Source: Squalus acanthias (Eukaryota). From it: DNA of 64,000 bases. Below, piece by piece: positions 1 to 11,896 of this stretch. The notes below the pieces were generated by a model. It had not been told where the DNA came from. It saw only the letters and a list, made by a program, of their open reading frames with translations, and did no database searches. The stretch lies in contig CM059431.1 in assembly GCA_030390025.1 (NCBI GenBank), positions 129,396,001 to 129,460,000 on the forward strand, written 5' to 3'. Both the position numbers and the translations under genes were made by a program. The stretch's first letter is position 1. Each line of letters starts with the position of its first letter.

Positions 1-594
1 ACCATCCAGATTTACGGGGTTGCTGCTTTCCCAAGGTTCAGGGTGCAATCAATGGCACCCGCATTGTGTAGGAGCTCCTACAATCAATTTCCTTGATTTT
101 CTCAAACAGAAAGGACTTCCACTCCTTGAATGTACAGACTGTCGGGTTGATTTTCACTGTAAGTCGTCGATCAGCTGTCAATTGGGCAATTGGGCGGCGT
201 ACATAACAGACAGCCAATCTGCTATTGCCAGTTTTTCCACCACTACCTAAAGTGAAAATCTAACCCTGTATGTGGCAATATACAAAGAATCCTACACATC
301 AATGCGCGATTTACTGGAGGTTACCACAGGTCATTCATCCTTTGGAATTCGGCTATCCCTGACCTCTTCGAAAATCATGACAGCAGATCATGCCACCTAC
401 TCCCAGGGACAATGACCCTATTAAGAGTTGCCCAAAGAGCAGGAGAGGAGCTCTACACTAAGGCAAATGTCTCGACTAGAATGATCATCAAGAGGATCAT
501 TGGGGTCTTAAAAGGGTACCGTAAGTGCCTCAACATGTTGGGAGGGTCTCTGCTGTATGCTCCAGCTCATGTATCTGACATAGCTGTACCCTGA
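1..594 (+). pseudogene. Decayed Harbinger (HARBI1-like) transposase fragments
   Basis: Frameshifted pieces resemble FPxVQGAIDxTH (about 25-65), NARFTG...FIL (about 300-345) and GVLKGYRKCLNMLGGSLLYAP (about 500-565). These parallel the intact transposase at 21045-22184. Confidence 0.65.
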
Positions 595-654
595 GTTGTA
601 TTGAAAAAGCTTGGCCATAGATATTCCCAGGGAGATGACCCTAGCAGCTTCAGA

Positions 655-926
655 GACAGAAGTTTTGGGCAAGAGATACAGGGGGATGTGAGGAAAATCT
701 TTTTTACACAGTGAGTGGTGGTGACCTGGAATTCACTGCAGACGGAAGTGGTGGAAGCAGAGACACTCAATGCTTTCAAGGGGAGACTGGATAGGCACTT
801 GAGGGAAATAAACTTGCAGGGATACGGGGATAGAGGGGGGGAATGGGACTGACTGGATTGCTCCACAGAGAGCCGGCACGGACTCGATGGGCCGAATGGC
901 CTCCTCCTGTGCCGTTATGACTCTAT
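655..926 (+). mobile_element. CR1 LINE 3' fragment
   Basis: Matches the ORF2 C-terminus/3'UTR of the other CR1 copies (tttttacacagtgagtggtg...gggccgaatggcctcct) and ends in a tatgactc tail that resumes after 1819. Confidence 0.85.
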
Positions 927-1819
927 GGGGTAGAAATTCGGTATCGCCCCGTTTGGGGCGCAATTATCGGCCGGGCGCAAAGATTAGCGCCTGGCTCTAA
1001 TTATCGCCACCGACTGCAAACTTGACTTTTATCGCCCCTGGAGGTGATTGCAGCGCTAAATCAGGCGCTTCACACCTGTCTTAAGGCGCAAAGGCCGAGG
1101 AGCGAGGCGCTACCTCAGAGCACTGGCGAAGCTCATGTAATGTCAGTCAGCAATGGAACACACACACAATGGCACGGGCCAGTTCTTAAAGGGGAGGGTT
1201 AATCTTGCTTTCCATCCACATCCTGCTCATTGCAGCCTTGAATCTCGGCCTGGAGAGACCTGCACATCAAATGTGCTGGAAAGAACAATGGAGAGTACCA
1301 GGCAAAGAGCTCAGAGTGCAGCCCCCACAGTCTCTGCTAAATCGATACAAGGAATGGCAAATCAAAATGAATCTGCAAAGTGCTGCTCAGTACCCAAAAC
1401 TCCTTCACACAGCGTTGAATCTCTCTAGAAGTCTCTCCCTCTCTCTCTCAGAATGCGTAGTTCAAAAATGGCACCAACAATAAAAGGCAGGAAGCGGTCA
1501 CCTTTAAATAGCGCTCCCCCTTTCCCTTCATAACTGCAGAACGCTCCCCTCAACCTGTTGTTGCTCGCGTCAGGCGGTAAGGCAGGGGGCGCCACTCAAT
1601 ATCCGCTCCGGGGCGATACCGGGGCGTTGCGCACTCGAGTGACGTCATGATCTGCCGGCGCAGGAGATCGTGGCGGTAGTGTTTAGCGCCGCCGCAAAAT
1701 GTCTAGTTAATTTCGCGAGCGGCGCAAACTTCGCCGCGGCTGGGCGCTAGATGCTTTGCGCCCCATTAGCGCCCTCTTAAGGCGCTAACGGGAGGCGCAA
1801 CCAACTGAATTTTTCCCCC
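927..1819 (+). mobile_element. Non-autonomous Harbinger deletion derivative (893 bp)
   Basis: Terminal inverted repeats (TIRs) ggggtagaaattcggt / aactgaatttttccccc; TAT TSD (924-926, 1820-1822). Arms align by eye to both ends of the 59815-63887 element. Confidence 0.92.
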
Positions 1820-2214
1820 TATGACTCTAAGAACATCAGAATGACCATCACTCAGAAAAGTTCTGTGACTGCTGCAAGGTGCATCAGAAAACATCTAATC
1901 ACTGCAGGCTTCTCTTCTATTTAACAGTCTAACTTTGTCAACACTGCCTTAACTCCTCTCCTTTACATTCAAATAAAAGACTAATCCTTCAATTCAGTAC
2001 CCATTCTAGGACAGTGCAACACATCAGACCTCTTTATCCCTACTTGATTGTGCCAATAATAATCATATAATTGAATAAATCAGCACAAAATAAGTGCATC
2101 TTTTCCTATATGACTGCGATCTGCAAGAATAACATAGCACAACACACTTCCATATTCTCCTTTAATACAACAAACTCCAAAATAGACACAAGCCAACCTA
2201 CCCTGTGACACTGT

Positions 2215-2770
2215 GGGGGTAATTTAAACCTCCAAAACAAGTGGGTTTGGGTCGGGTGCGAAGTTAAAATGCCAGAAGGAGCAGGATTATTTCCTCCAGG
2301 CCCAACAAACAAACCTGTAAACAACCCCCCACCTCCACGATCTCCCCCAACAACCCTCCATCGCCAACACCCCGCACAATCACCGACACCCCCCCCCCCA
2401 CCACGATCACCAAACATCCATCACCGATCCCCCCATCATCGACACTCCCATCACCGGCCCCTGATCTCTCCCCGATCTTCGACTCCCCTCCGATCTCTCT
2501 CCCACCCCTTGCGATCTTCCACCACCCCCACGATCGCCCCAACCCTCCCATCCACACTGTACCCATCCCCCACCCCTCGCGATCTCTACCCCAAACAACC
2601 ACTAAACCTGCCTGCTCCTGGGTTGCGGTTTTTTCTGGAGCATTCCCCGACCGACAGGCAGCAAAGTCTATCAATCAGGCTGGCTTCCAGGCAGAGAATC
2701 TGTTTAAAAAACATCATGCTCGCAATGAAGTTAACACTCCACAGTGTTTGGGGAAACCTAGACTTCTCAG
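2215..2770 (-). mobile_element. Non-autonomous TIR element (MITE-like) with C-rich ccgatc core
   Basis: End gggggtaatttaaacc...gggtttgggtcgggtg is the reverse complement of ends seen near 14130-14188 and 52160-52225. C-rich repeats at 2330-2600. Far boundary is uncertain. Confidence 0.6.
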
Positions 2771-3685
2771 TAAGTTATAGTGCTGGAGAAAGATACATAG
2801 ATAGCGAAGGGCAAGACCACAAAGACAACAAACACAAAGATGAGAATTCTAATTTTAAGGAGTTTGAATGCTAGGAACCAATCAATGACCAGATTAGTGA
2901 ACACAGGGGTGATGGGTGAGCAGGTGCGAGATAGGATATGGGCAGCAAAGTTTTATCGGATCTTGAAAGTCCTGAGATGTAGCAGCCTGTATTAGGCCTC
3001 CACAGTGAGGAAGCCAGTACTGTGAATTTTGTTCCCTACTTCCTCTAGTGCTTCCATGGACCGCAAGGCACCAACTGATCCTGGGCTGTTGCTTAGCTGT
3101 TGGGCTGCTGCAGATTCCAGTGTGACTTCGATACATTCCATTGATGTCTGAACTGAAGAGAAAGCTTCCCTGATGTTGCTGCAAATGAGGGCTGTAGCTC
3201 CAGAGTCACAGCTGTCAGGTGTAACTTATCCTCTGAGTCTGACCTTAGGGCCTGCACGTAGGTGTGATGGACCTTGTTCATTCTTCTTCTCAGGTGAGTA
3301 CCTGTGAGTTATGGATCTCTCAAGCCAGAGGTAACCTTCTCCTTAGTTTTACCTGGAAAGATAACACAACCTTACCACTCCTCACTCCTCTGACTCTTGT
3401 GCTCATCTGGAATCACCCGGTGCAACATCTTCACTAACACTCACTAACACTATCTAATATCTGCCCCAGGTGGAAGTATCTGAACTCGTCTGTGAAAGTG
3501 AAGAAGCAAATGACGCAGGGGATGACTTGAGCTGGGTTGTGACAGAGGAACACAGGGCAAGCTGTATATCCAGGAACTTTGACCTTGAATTCCTCTCCCT
3601 CTTCATCATCAGCCTCCTCGCCTTTGTCATTCTCATAGTTTGACAAGGAATTGTTCCTCCTCCTCTTCCACCTCCACTTCCACCT

Positions 3686-4122
3686 CATAGAAACATAGAA
3701 ACATAGAATCTAGGAGCAGGAGTAGGCCATTCGGCCCGTCGAGCCTGCTCCACCATTCAATACGATCATGGCTGATCATCCAAATCCAGTACCCTGTCCC
3801 TGCTTTAATCCCCACAGTACACATATCCCACCCTACCCCCGTAACCCCATGTATTTAATGCCCCCTAACATATCCCATCCTATCCCCATAACCCCACATA
3901 TTTAATCCCCCCCTAACACTAAGGGTCAATTTATCATAGCCAAATCAACCTAACCCGCACATTTTTGGATTGTGGGAGGAAACCGGAGCACCCGGAGGAA
4001 ACCCACGCAGACACGGGGAGAATGTGCAAACTCCACACAGACAGTCACCCGAGGTCAGATTCGAACCCGGGTCCCTGGCGCTGTGAGGCACCAGTGCTAA
4101 CCACTATACCACCGTGTTGCCC
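3686..4122 (-). mobile_element. tRNA-derived V-SINE (HE1-like) followed by a CR1-type 3' end
   Basis: Minus strand begins gggcaacacggtggtatagtggttagc (A box), then ggttcgaatc (B box) and V-core gtgggtttcctccgggtgctccggtttcctccc. Ends in a CR1-like stem-loop and (tttctatg)n tail. Confidence 0.9.
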
Positions 4123-4634
4123 TCTCACCATCATCTCACCAACTTCCTCCTCTTCCTCATCCTATGCCCCCATTGTTGTGGTAGATCTGCAGGAAAGGAT
4201 GGTTCAGGTCAAGAATGGGTGAGCCTTACACCCTTGGAACTAAGAAGCTGGAGAAGCGTGTGGAAGCTTGTGGCTGTGTGCTGCTTCACAAGATGCCACA
4301 TTGAATCTATATGTGTGCAGCCACTTAGCTGGAACCGTCGCTGTGCCAATGGCCTTGCCATCTCCCATGAGAAGAGCAGCGTGCCACCCCAGCAGCTGCA
4401 TAGCTTGCTCATTGTACTGTGCCCTGCATCTCACAGACACGGTGTGCAAGTCTCTCCTGAAACAAGATGGAGTGAATTCAGTGAATGCTAGCAATTGAGG
4501 ACTGTCTCTCAGGTGGAATCAGACAGCTGATGTGAGAGATCTGATGGTATCACCCTGTTGAATTGAAGGAAGGGGTTTTAAGGCAATGCATGCAAGTTAG
4601 GAGAAATAGCTACACATACTATGTTTGTTTGCCA

Positions 4635-5138
4635 TAGAGGGAGTGCAATGAAGGTTCACGAGATTGATTCCTGGGATGGCGGGACTGTCATATGAGAAGA
4701 GATTGAGTAAACTAGGCCTGTATTCTCTTGAATTCAGAAGAATGAGAGGGGATCTCATTGAAGCATACAAAATTATTACAGGGCTTGATAGGGTGGATGC
4801 TGGGAGAATGTTTCCCTTGGCTGGGGAGTCTAGAACTAGTGGCCACAGCCTCAGGATAAAGGGTAGGCCATTCAGGACTGAGATGAGAAGAAATTTCTTC
4901 ACACAGAGGGTGGTGAATCTTTGGAATTCTCTACCCCAGAGGTGTGTAGAGGCTCAGTCATTAGGTATATTCAAAACAGAAGTCGATAGAGTTCTGACTA
5001 GTAAAGGCATCAAGGGATATGGCGATAGGGCCGGTGAATGGAGTTGAGGCAGAAGATCAGCCATGATCTCATTGAATGGCGGAGCAGGCTCGAAGGGCCG
5101 AATGGCCTACTCCTGCTCCTATTTCTTATGTTCTTATG
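4635..5138 (+). mobile_element. CR1 LINE 3' fragment
   Basis: ORF 4664-5047 (LGLYSLEFRRMRGDLIE...FFTQRVVNLWNSLP) matches the C-terminus of the intact ORF2; ttcttatg tail. Confidence 0.95.
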
Positions 5139-5259
5139 TTTGTACCCCCTTTAACCCAGAGTGCAGTGTGAAGCAGATGTACAGCTCTTATTTTTAGACC
5201 GTGAAGTGTGTGCTTGTGCCCAGGGTGCACAAGAATGAAAAGGGTGAGTGGCCAGTGTG

Positions 5260-7240
5260 TTACTTTATCTGCCCTGGTCTGATCATTCAACTTCGCGTGG
5301 CACGGGTCTGAAGTTCTGGGGTGAGAGAGCTGGCACTCAGTGCCAGTGCTAACTCCCTCCTTATGGCACAAGAGACATTTTTGTTGAGGTATTCTCCCAT
5401 GGAAACCCAGCAGTCTGTCTCTCTGTTCAATCTCCTCAAGGAGTGTTTGGAGGTCAGTTTCACAGAAATTATGAGCTCTTCTTCTCTTCCTGCTTACATT
5501 GCCCTGAAGGGATAATTACAAGTCCTAGCCCTTTCGGACTACCCCAGATCAGGCGTATTCCCCAGACGTTTACCTTCAACTAAAGTTTGCGGTAGCCGGA
5601 TCCTATAAGACGCTTAATTGAGTCTAAAGGTCAGACTACCTCTCCCTAAAGGAAAGAAACGGTCTAAAGATGTTACCGTCCTCCAGATAGTACTTTTAAT
5701 AAGTTTAACTAGACTGTAACCTTCCGGATATTATAAGGGTCTGGAATACCCCCCAGAATTCTGCAACTCATTTGAGTGTACAGAATTTGAGTTCACAAGA
5801 TGATAAAGAATACTCTTTGAGACAATTCTAAAAATATATAGATTTATTAACGAACCGACATTTAGATAACATCTGTTGTATCCATCGCAACATTACAGTT
5901 CAAAAACAATTAGCTTACATTTCTTATCAAAGATCCTTATTCTCAAATCTTAACTTCGTTACATTTCCACACTTCTACTTATTTCTTAATCCAGAATATC
6001 CACCAAAATCAAATAAGAGTACCTTGATCCCCAAGACTCAAAAGTTAAAAACTTACAGAGAATGTCTGTTAAGTTGAGAAACGCTTGCCTTCTCAGCGAC
6101 TTCTGACTTTCCTGTTTGAAAAGGTCTATTTTTATATCTTTTTTTAGGTGGCTTATCCTTTGAAGTATTCGTGCTGATGTAAGCTTAATTGTATCAAGTC
6201 ATTCTTTGCTGACTTTGTTCTATTCTTTATTGTCATTTCAGCTGTCAGCTTTTAGACTTGTGTCCTGTTTAGGTGTTTCCAAAACCATCATAAACACAAT
6301 GACAGCAATGGTTTCTGTTTGATGCAATTCTTATCGAAGTCTTTCTATTGAATTTCTAATACCAATTTAACTGTTTTTATCAGACATTGTGACTCCGTGG
6401 TATTCCAAGTTCAATACAACAACAATGTAATTGCTTGGTACATCCATTGAAGTAATATTTTCAAAGTCGTCTTGTTTGTGTACTTTTTACAACTTGTAAA
6501 TTAAAAACACTTCTCTAGTATCTTCATGCATTTCTAATTTACTTCAATTGGTTTTTATCAGACCTTGGGACTCCATCTTTCAAGATTAACATTAAAACTA
6601 TTTGTTCAGCAGGCGTCTCTTTCACTTGATGTCATTTCTTCAAAGCCTTCTGTAGGTATTATATTTACAATATGTAAATTGAAAACACTTTAACTCAGTG
6701 TTTACTTGTTTTCTAGCTGTCTCAATTGGTTGCATATTTAATCGTGTTTCCTGTCTTTAAGTTTAACATAAAACTATTTTACGACAGGTATTTCTTACTT
6801 GATGTAATTCTTTCAAAAGCACTTGTTTTTTTTAATTGTCTGTGCACCTGTTCGACGTGTTAGATTATAACACTTTACTTGGGTCATTCCATTGTTTTGA
6901 TTCCAATGTCCAGACACTCTGGAAGCAAACCTTTGCTTTATCAATAGGGCTTGATTCTTGGTCAATAACCCATTCCCATTTCAAAGCCTGTGGTGTTTTA
7001 CAACTTGCGAATAACTGATCTTTATCTCACAAGCCTGTATTGTGCCTACAGCCTGTGTCGCCGAGGCTTTCAGACTTTTAAACCCAGTATGTCATTTATT
7101 AATAATTTCAGAAATCTGTTTTTAGTATCATGTATTTTTCTGAATCCTGGCTATTCCTTCACAGCCCTCATCCCTTTTTCAGCTGTCTGTGCCAGATGCT
7201 CAAGTGGAAGACATTGTTGAAAAGTGGAACAAAATCGCAC
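5260..7240 (-). pseudogene. Decayed Harbinger Myb/SANT exon, split by a solo LTR
   Basis: PRTSDPCHAKLNDQTRADKV (about 5270-5330) parallels PRTHTQCRKKFNDLTRVVRV. The N-terminal part appears to resume to the right of the LTR (7164-7240). Confidence 0.55.
5505..7163 (-). mobile_element. Solo LTR (1659 bp), ERV/Gypsy-type
   Basis: Minus-strand ends TGTGAAGG...CCTTCA; exact GCCC TSD (5501-5504, 7164-7167). Minus-strand TATAAAAA at 6129-6136 and AATAAA at 5843-5848, in U3-R-U5 order. Confidence 0.85.
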
Positions 7241-7919
7241 GGGTCTCAGTGCAGTGACCTGGCAATGAACTCAGTGATCCAAACACTTTCCGACTTACCT
7301 GCTGCTGCAATCTTCAGCCAGACTGCACTGCAATATCCAAAGCAACACTGCAATATCCAGTGCAGTGCGTGAGTGTTTCCCAACAGATTGTTTGGCATGC
7401 CAACGAGTCTAATTCTGCTCAGTCTATTAAATTGTCAATAAGCACAACGCAGAACAGTAAACTGTTTAAAAGCCCAGTGGTAGTTGACAGAGTGTGTACT
7501 TTGTTTCCAGTAATGCCTGCACTCCCCAGCAATCTACTTGGTGTCACAGAACTAGGTAATGTAACAACTGTAACGAGATCTATGTTGAACAGATTGAATA
7601 GCCAAAGACTTTCGCTGCTCCATTGTCGAATTAACTCCAACTGGGCAGGTAAGCTCATTTCTACCTAGTTATTTAAATTTTTCCCAGTAGAAAGTTGCTG
7701 AAGCTTATTATTAAAACTTTAAAAGGCCTTAACAAGCAACGGCAGATTTTTAAAAAAACAAAATGTTACAAATGTCACCCCACTTCTTGAGCGGAAAGCA
7801 GCGAGTAGTGCAGAAAAAGGATTAAAAATCTAGTGGTTTCAGCTTGTCTCCTAGTTTTAATGCCGGGCGGGCAGGTAGGCCTGTAGCACCAGGCCGCAGC
7901 CAGGGCCCATAGAGGAGGG

Positions 7920-8340
7920 AGGAAGGGAGGGAGAGATCATGGGTTGAGGGGGACATCGTGGGGCGACCCGGAGAGATCGCAGGCCGGGGAGAAGATCGGG
8001 GAGGGGTTGTGGAGAAGATGGGGGGTCAGGGAGGAGATGGGGGGTGGGGAGAAGATTGAGATGGGCGGGGAGAAGATTGTGGGGGGGCCGTGGAGCAAAT
8101 CGCAGGGGGGCCGTGGAGAAGATTGGGGGTGTGCCAGGGAGAAGATTGGGGAGGGGGCATGGAGAAGATGGGGGGGGGGGAGCCGGGAGAAGATTGGGGG
8201 GGTGACGGGGAAAAAATTTGGGGGGACGTGGAGAAGATCTCAGGGGGCCCATGGAGAAGTTGGGGGAGGTGTGGGGAGAAGATCGGGGTGGAGGGGGAGG
8301 AGATTGCGGGCCATGGAGAATATCGGCAGGGCATCGGATC
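7920..8340 (+). repeat. G-rich degenerate minisatellite (ggagaagatyggggg units)
   Basis: More than ten imperfect units with G-runs; similar cores occur inside other TIR elements in the window. Confidence 0.85.
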
Positions 8341-9013
8341 ACGAGGGGGGCGGCGTCCAATTGCACGAGATTCCGATCGCTGCGGAGGTTAACAGGGTAG
8401 CTTGGGGGGACAGAGGGGTATTTGCAAATTGTGTTTAACTTGGCTCCAAATTTAACTTGTGCACTGTGGGTTTCCCATGTCTCGGGAAACTGATCTGGGA
8501 AACGAAGGCGAGTTTCAGCAGCAATCCAGGTGGGTACTGAAACTTCTCATTGTCCCATCAAAATAAAAGCTCATTTGTTGCAGCTGGTGTCTCAGTTTCC
8601 TCTGGCAAATGTTTGGCAGAGAATGCTTGTGTGGATACAACTTTTTTCACCCTTGGAGGATTTCAAATTGACAAGATCAGGATGGGAGGCATCTTGGATG
8701 TGTTTGACAGCACATGAGAAGAAGACCATCACCATCCAAGGCAGTGGTGACGTGCTGTGGTGGGATCAGCACGTGCTGTAAGATTATCATGGATCAGTTG
8801 GTTTTTAGAATACTTGTTTTACTAACTTTAGTGATATAATCATCAGTATGGATTTATAATCGTGTGTAAGAATTAAATGTAATCATCAATTGTCTGCAAT
8901 GATAACCTGAATTATATATGACATGTAACCCTTTTACTTATAATTAAAAGTCTGTGAGTAAGCTGTAACCCAGACAGCCTGGGATGAGAAAGAAGACTGC
9001 TATAGTCAAATAG

Positions 9014-9339
9014 CCATGATGTGGAGATGCCGGTGTTGGACTGGGGTGGACAAATGTGAGAAGTTGCACAACACCAGGTTATAGTCCAACAGCTTTATTT
9101 GAAATCACAAGCTTTCGGAGCGCTGCTCCTTCGTCAGGTGAAGTGAAGAGATGCATATAGGCACAGCATATATAGTCAGAGAACACTGCCAGATGATTAC
9201 AGTTAATCTTTCTAACTGCCCTTTATCACACCTCGGCAGAGAGATAATCACGGCAATCAAAGGTGTGGATGGTGTCCTAAAGCTTGTGATTTCAAATAAA
9301 GCTGGAGGACTATAACCTGGTGTTGTGCGACTTCTCACA
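9014..9339 (-). mobile_element. Penelope-like element end (pseudo-LTR) with inverted duplication
   Basis: 12-bp TSD atagtcaaatag (9002-9013, 9340-9351); about 61-bp inverted repeat (9055-9115 vs 9279-9339); contains a hammerhead motif. Confidence 0.85.
9105..9141 (-). ncRNA. Minimal type I hammerhead ribozyme
   Basis: Minus strand reads TCAC-CTGACGA-A-GGAGC-AGC-GCTCC-GAAA-GC-TT-GTGA: conserved core, stem I tcac/gtga, stem II ggagc/gctcc, palindromic mini stem III. Confidence 0.8.
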
Positions 9340-9461
9340 ATAGTCAAATAGGAAAGCAGTGAGTGAATTAACGAAAGTTGAATATTATCCAACACTAAGA
9401 TTCATGCATAGATTCCAGCTATGTTGGAATGTTATGATGTCTGCAGTGAATTAAAAACAAA

Positions 9462-10111
9462 GGGGGAGAAATTCACTATCGCCCAGTTTGGGGCGCTAAT
9501 TTTTCAAAGTTTGAAAAGTTAGCGCCAGCTATTAATGATTTCAAACTTCTGAAAAATTCGCCATTTGCACTCCAAGAAGGAAGGGGAGCACACTGGGCCG
9601 TGCAGCGCTGCCACGTTCAAAGGCTCCTTCCCTCCCTTAAAGGGAAGGGCCATCGCTGCAGGCTCTGCAATAGAAAAAGTACCTACCTGGACCACCAAGG
9701 CAGCGGCGACCCCGCGCAATCAGCCCGGCACTCAAGCAAAGAGCCGGGCTGATCGATCGCGGGCAGGAACACGTACAAAAAACTGGAACAGGAAAGGTAA
9801 GTTTTTTCTACTTACCTCGGCCATCTCGCCTTTAATCATCGCCCCCCGAAGCGGCCAACCTCCCGATGCACGCCTCCTGCAGCTGTCGGTGTTTTCGACC
9901 GGCACTGCTGCAGGGGGTGGAAGTCAATTTCGGGTCCGGGGTGCTACCGGGGCGATGCGCATGGCGATGAAGGAGATTAGGGCGCAATGCTGTAGCGCCG
10001 CCGCAAAATTCCCTGCCGAATATGGGAGTCGATGTCAGCGCCGCGCCTGGTCACAAAGCCATTTGCGCCCCGTTAGCACCCCGGGAGGCCCAGTCACCCA
10101 ATTTCACTCCC
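9462..10111 (+). mobile_element. Harbinger-derived MITE
   Basis: Ends gggggagaaattca / ccaatttcactccc; subterminal ggcgctaa/ttagcgcc motifs; imperfect TSD aaa/ata. Confidence 0.8.
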
Positions 10112-10653
10112 ATAAGCCTTTCACAGGACCAGCAAGGGTGCGTATCTCTACTGTATGGAGACATGTTATTTTGTGTTGCCATAACTACCCTAGATATGAG
10201 TCATGATGTTCAAAAACAGATGATGTCAGGGTCATAAGACTAGAACCTGCATAAGCCAAGGTGCTGCAGACATGGCAACTTTATGATTGGATTTTGGGTT
10301 TTGGGTGTAAGCCAGTAAGTGGTTCAGTAGGACTCCATAGGCTTTGAATGAGAGTAAGGGTATAAGAAGGGGATCTCAACAGCCACAAAGCGTAGAAGAT
10401 TTCAGGAAGAATCAAGGAGACACCCGGGAGACAAAGAGAGACGAGAGACAAGAGACACAGGGTGAAGCTTACTCACGGTTGCGGCTTCTACCCAGAGTAT
10501 AAGTGGTGATATAAGTCTCAATTATTCTCTGTAAACTGCTGCTCGAATACTGTAATGTATAAGTCTTGCTTATGCTGAATAAAGTTACATCACTGTCCCC
10601 AATACGGGTCAACCTCGAATCATTTGGAACCAGGGTCCCTCTGGGATCTTACA

Positions 10654-11720
10654 GTGCACAGCAGTGAGAAGCACAAGAAGGAGTTGCACAGGAGAGAGGG
10701 GCACAGGAGGGAGTTACACAGGAGAGAGGTGCACAGGAGGGGCCGAGGTCGCAGGAGGCACATCACAGGATTTACAGACAGAGGCTCAGCTTCCTTGATA
10801 GCAGTGCTTCCGCAGACTGAGAATGTCATGTCAGATGGTGGCAGACATCTGCATCCTCCCACATAAAGACCTGCTCCCCACTGGACCTGGTATCCACGCA
10901 TTACCAGGGGCTGTGAAAGTGACTACTGCCCTCAACTTTTTCACCTCCGGATCCTTCCAGGGCACTACCAGAGACATATCCAGGATCTCTCAGTCTGCTG
11001 CACGTATATGCATGAATGGCTTGTTGCCAGGGCAAACAATTATGTAAATTTCCCATGTGATGACAATAGCCCGAAGGAGCGGGCACTCAGATTCACCGCG
11101 CTGGCTGGATTCCCACACATACAGGGTGGCATCGACTGTACACATGTGGCAATCGGAGCACTGTCACAGCAACCAGGAGTTTTTATAAACTGCAAGGGAT
11201 ATATGTCCAGCAATACGCAGCTGGTGTACAACCACAAGAAAAGGTTCATGCAGGTCTGCGCCAGATTCCTTGGCAGCTGTCATGGTGCCTTCATACTGAG
11301 GCAGTCCAGCATCCCAGACCTTTTCATTCCAGGAAGCAGACTTACGGGCTGGCTCGTAGGAGAAAAGGGATACCCCTTTCAAACTTGGCTCATGACACCT
11401 ATGAGGAACACCCCAATGAGGTGAAGGAATGCTACAACGAGAGCCCCATGACCACCAGGTGTGTCATTGGAATGTTGAAGATGCGCTACAGGTGTTGAGA
11501 TAGGTCTGGAGGCGTCCTTCAGTACTCATCAGTGAGAGTGTCCAGAATGATAGTGGTGTGCTGCATCCCGCACAACTTTGCGCAGCACAGAAGATTGCAG
11601 GTGGAGGAGGATGAGGGAGCTCATCGCTCATCTTCAGATGAGGAGAACATAGAGGAGGAGCAGGAGGAGGATGATGATGGGGCACCCATCGCTTGACCAG
11701 CCGCTATATTGCTGCCCAGG
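10654..11720 (+). pseudogene. Decayed Harbinger transposase
   Basis: AVKVTTALNFFTSGSFQ, AGFPHIQGGIDCTHVA and GWLVGEKGYPFQTWLMTP occur across shifted frames. Confidence 0.9.
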
Positions 11721-11896
11721 AGTTCTTGTACCACACATCGACCCATTGCCCATTCGCCCAATGGGTCCCGTCATGTATTGACATTCATCATGAAACAAGT
11801 GAAAGGGCGAGTTGGCACTCGGAGTGCAATAATGGGCAAGATGTGGAAGTGGTGCAAATCAATACATTTTATGTGGCATTATAAAAAAAAGGAAAC

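Larger units (their letters stand above)
8777..10653 (+). mobile_element. Solo LTR (about 0.89 kb native) with two nested insertions
   Basis: Perfect 8-bp inverted ends TGTAAGAT...ATCTTACA; exact GTGC TSD (8773-8776, 10654-10657). TATAAG at 10361 and AATAAA at 10578. Confidence 0.9.

Noticed and set aside
2106..2874. Pro-rich/Gly-rich ORFs (also 7857-8438, 47329-47820, 51618-52054, 52624-53085)
   Set aside because: Translations of low-complexity G/C repeats.
4050..4122. tRNA gene (also 17585-17657)
   Set aside because: SINE head: A/B boxes run directly into the V-core, with no complete cloverleaf or terminator.
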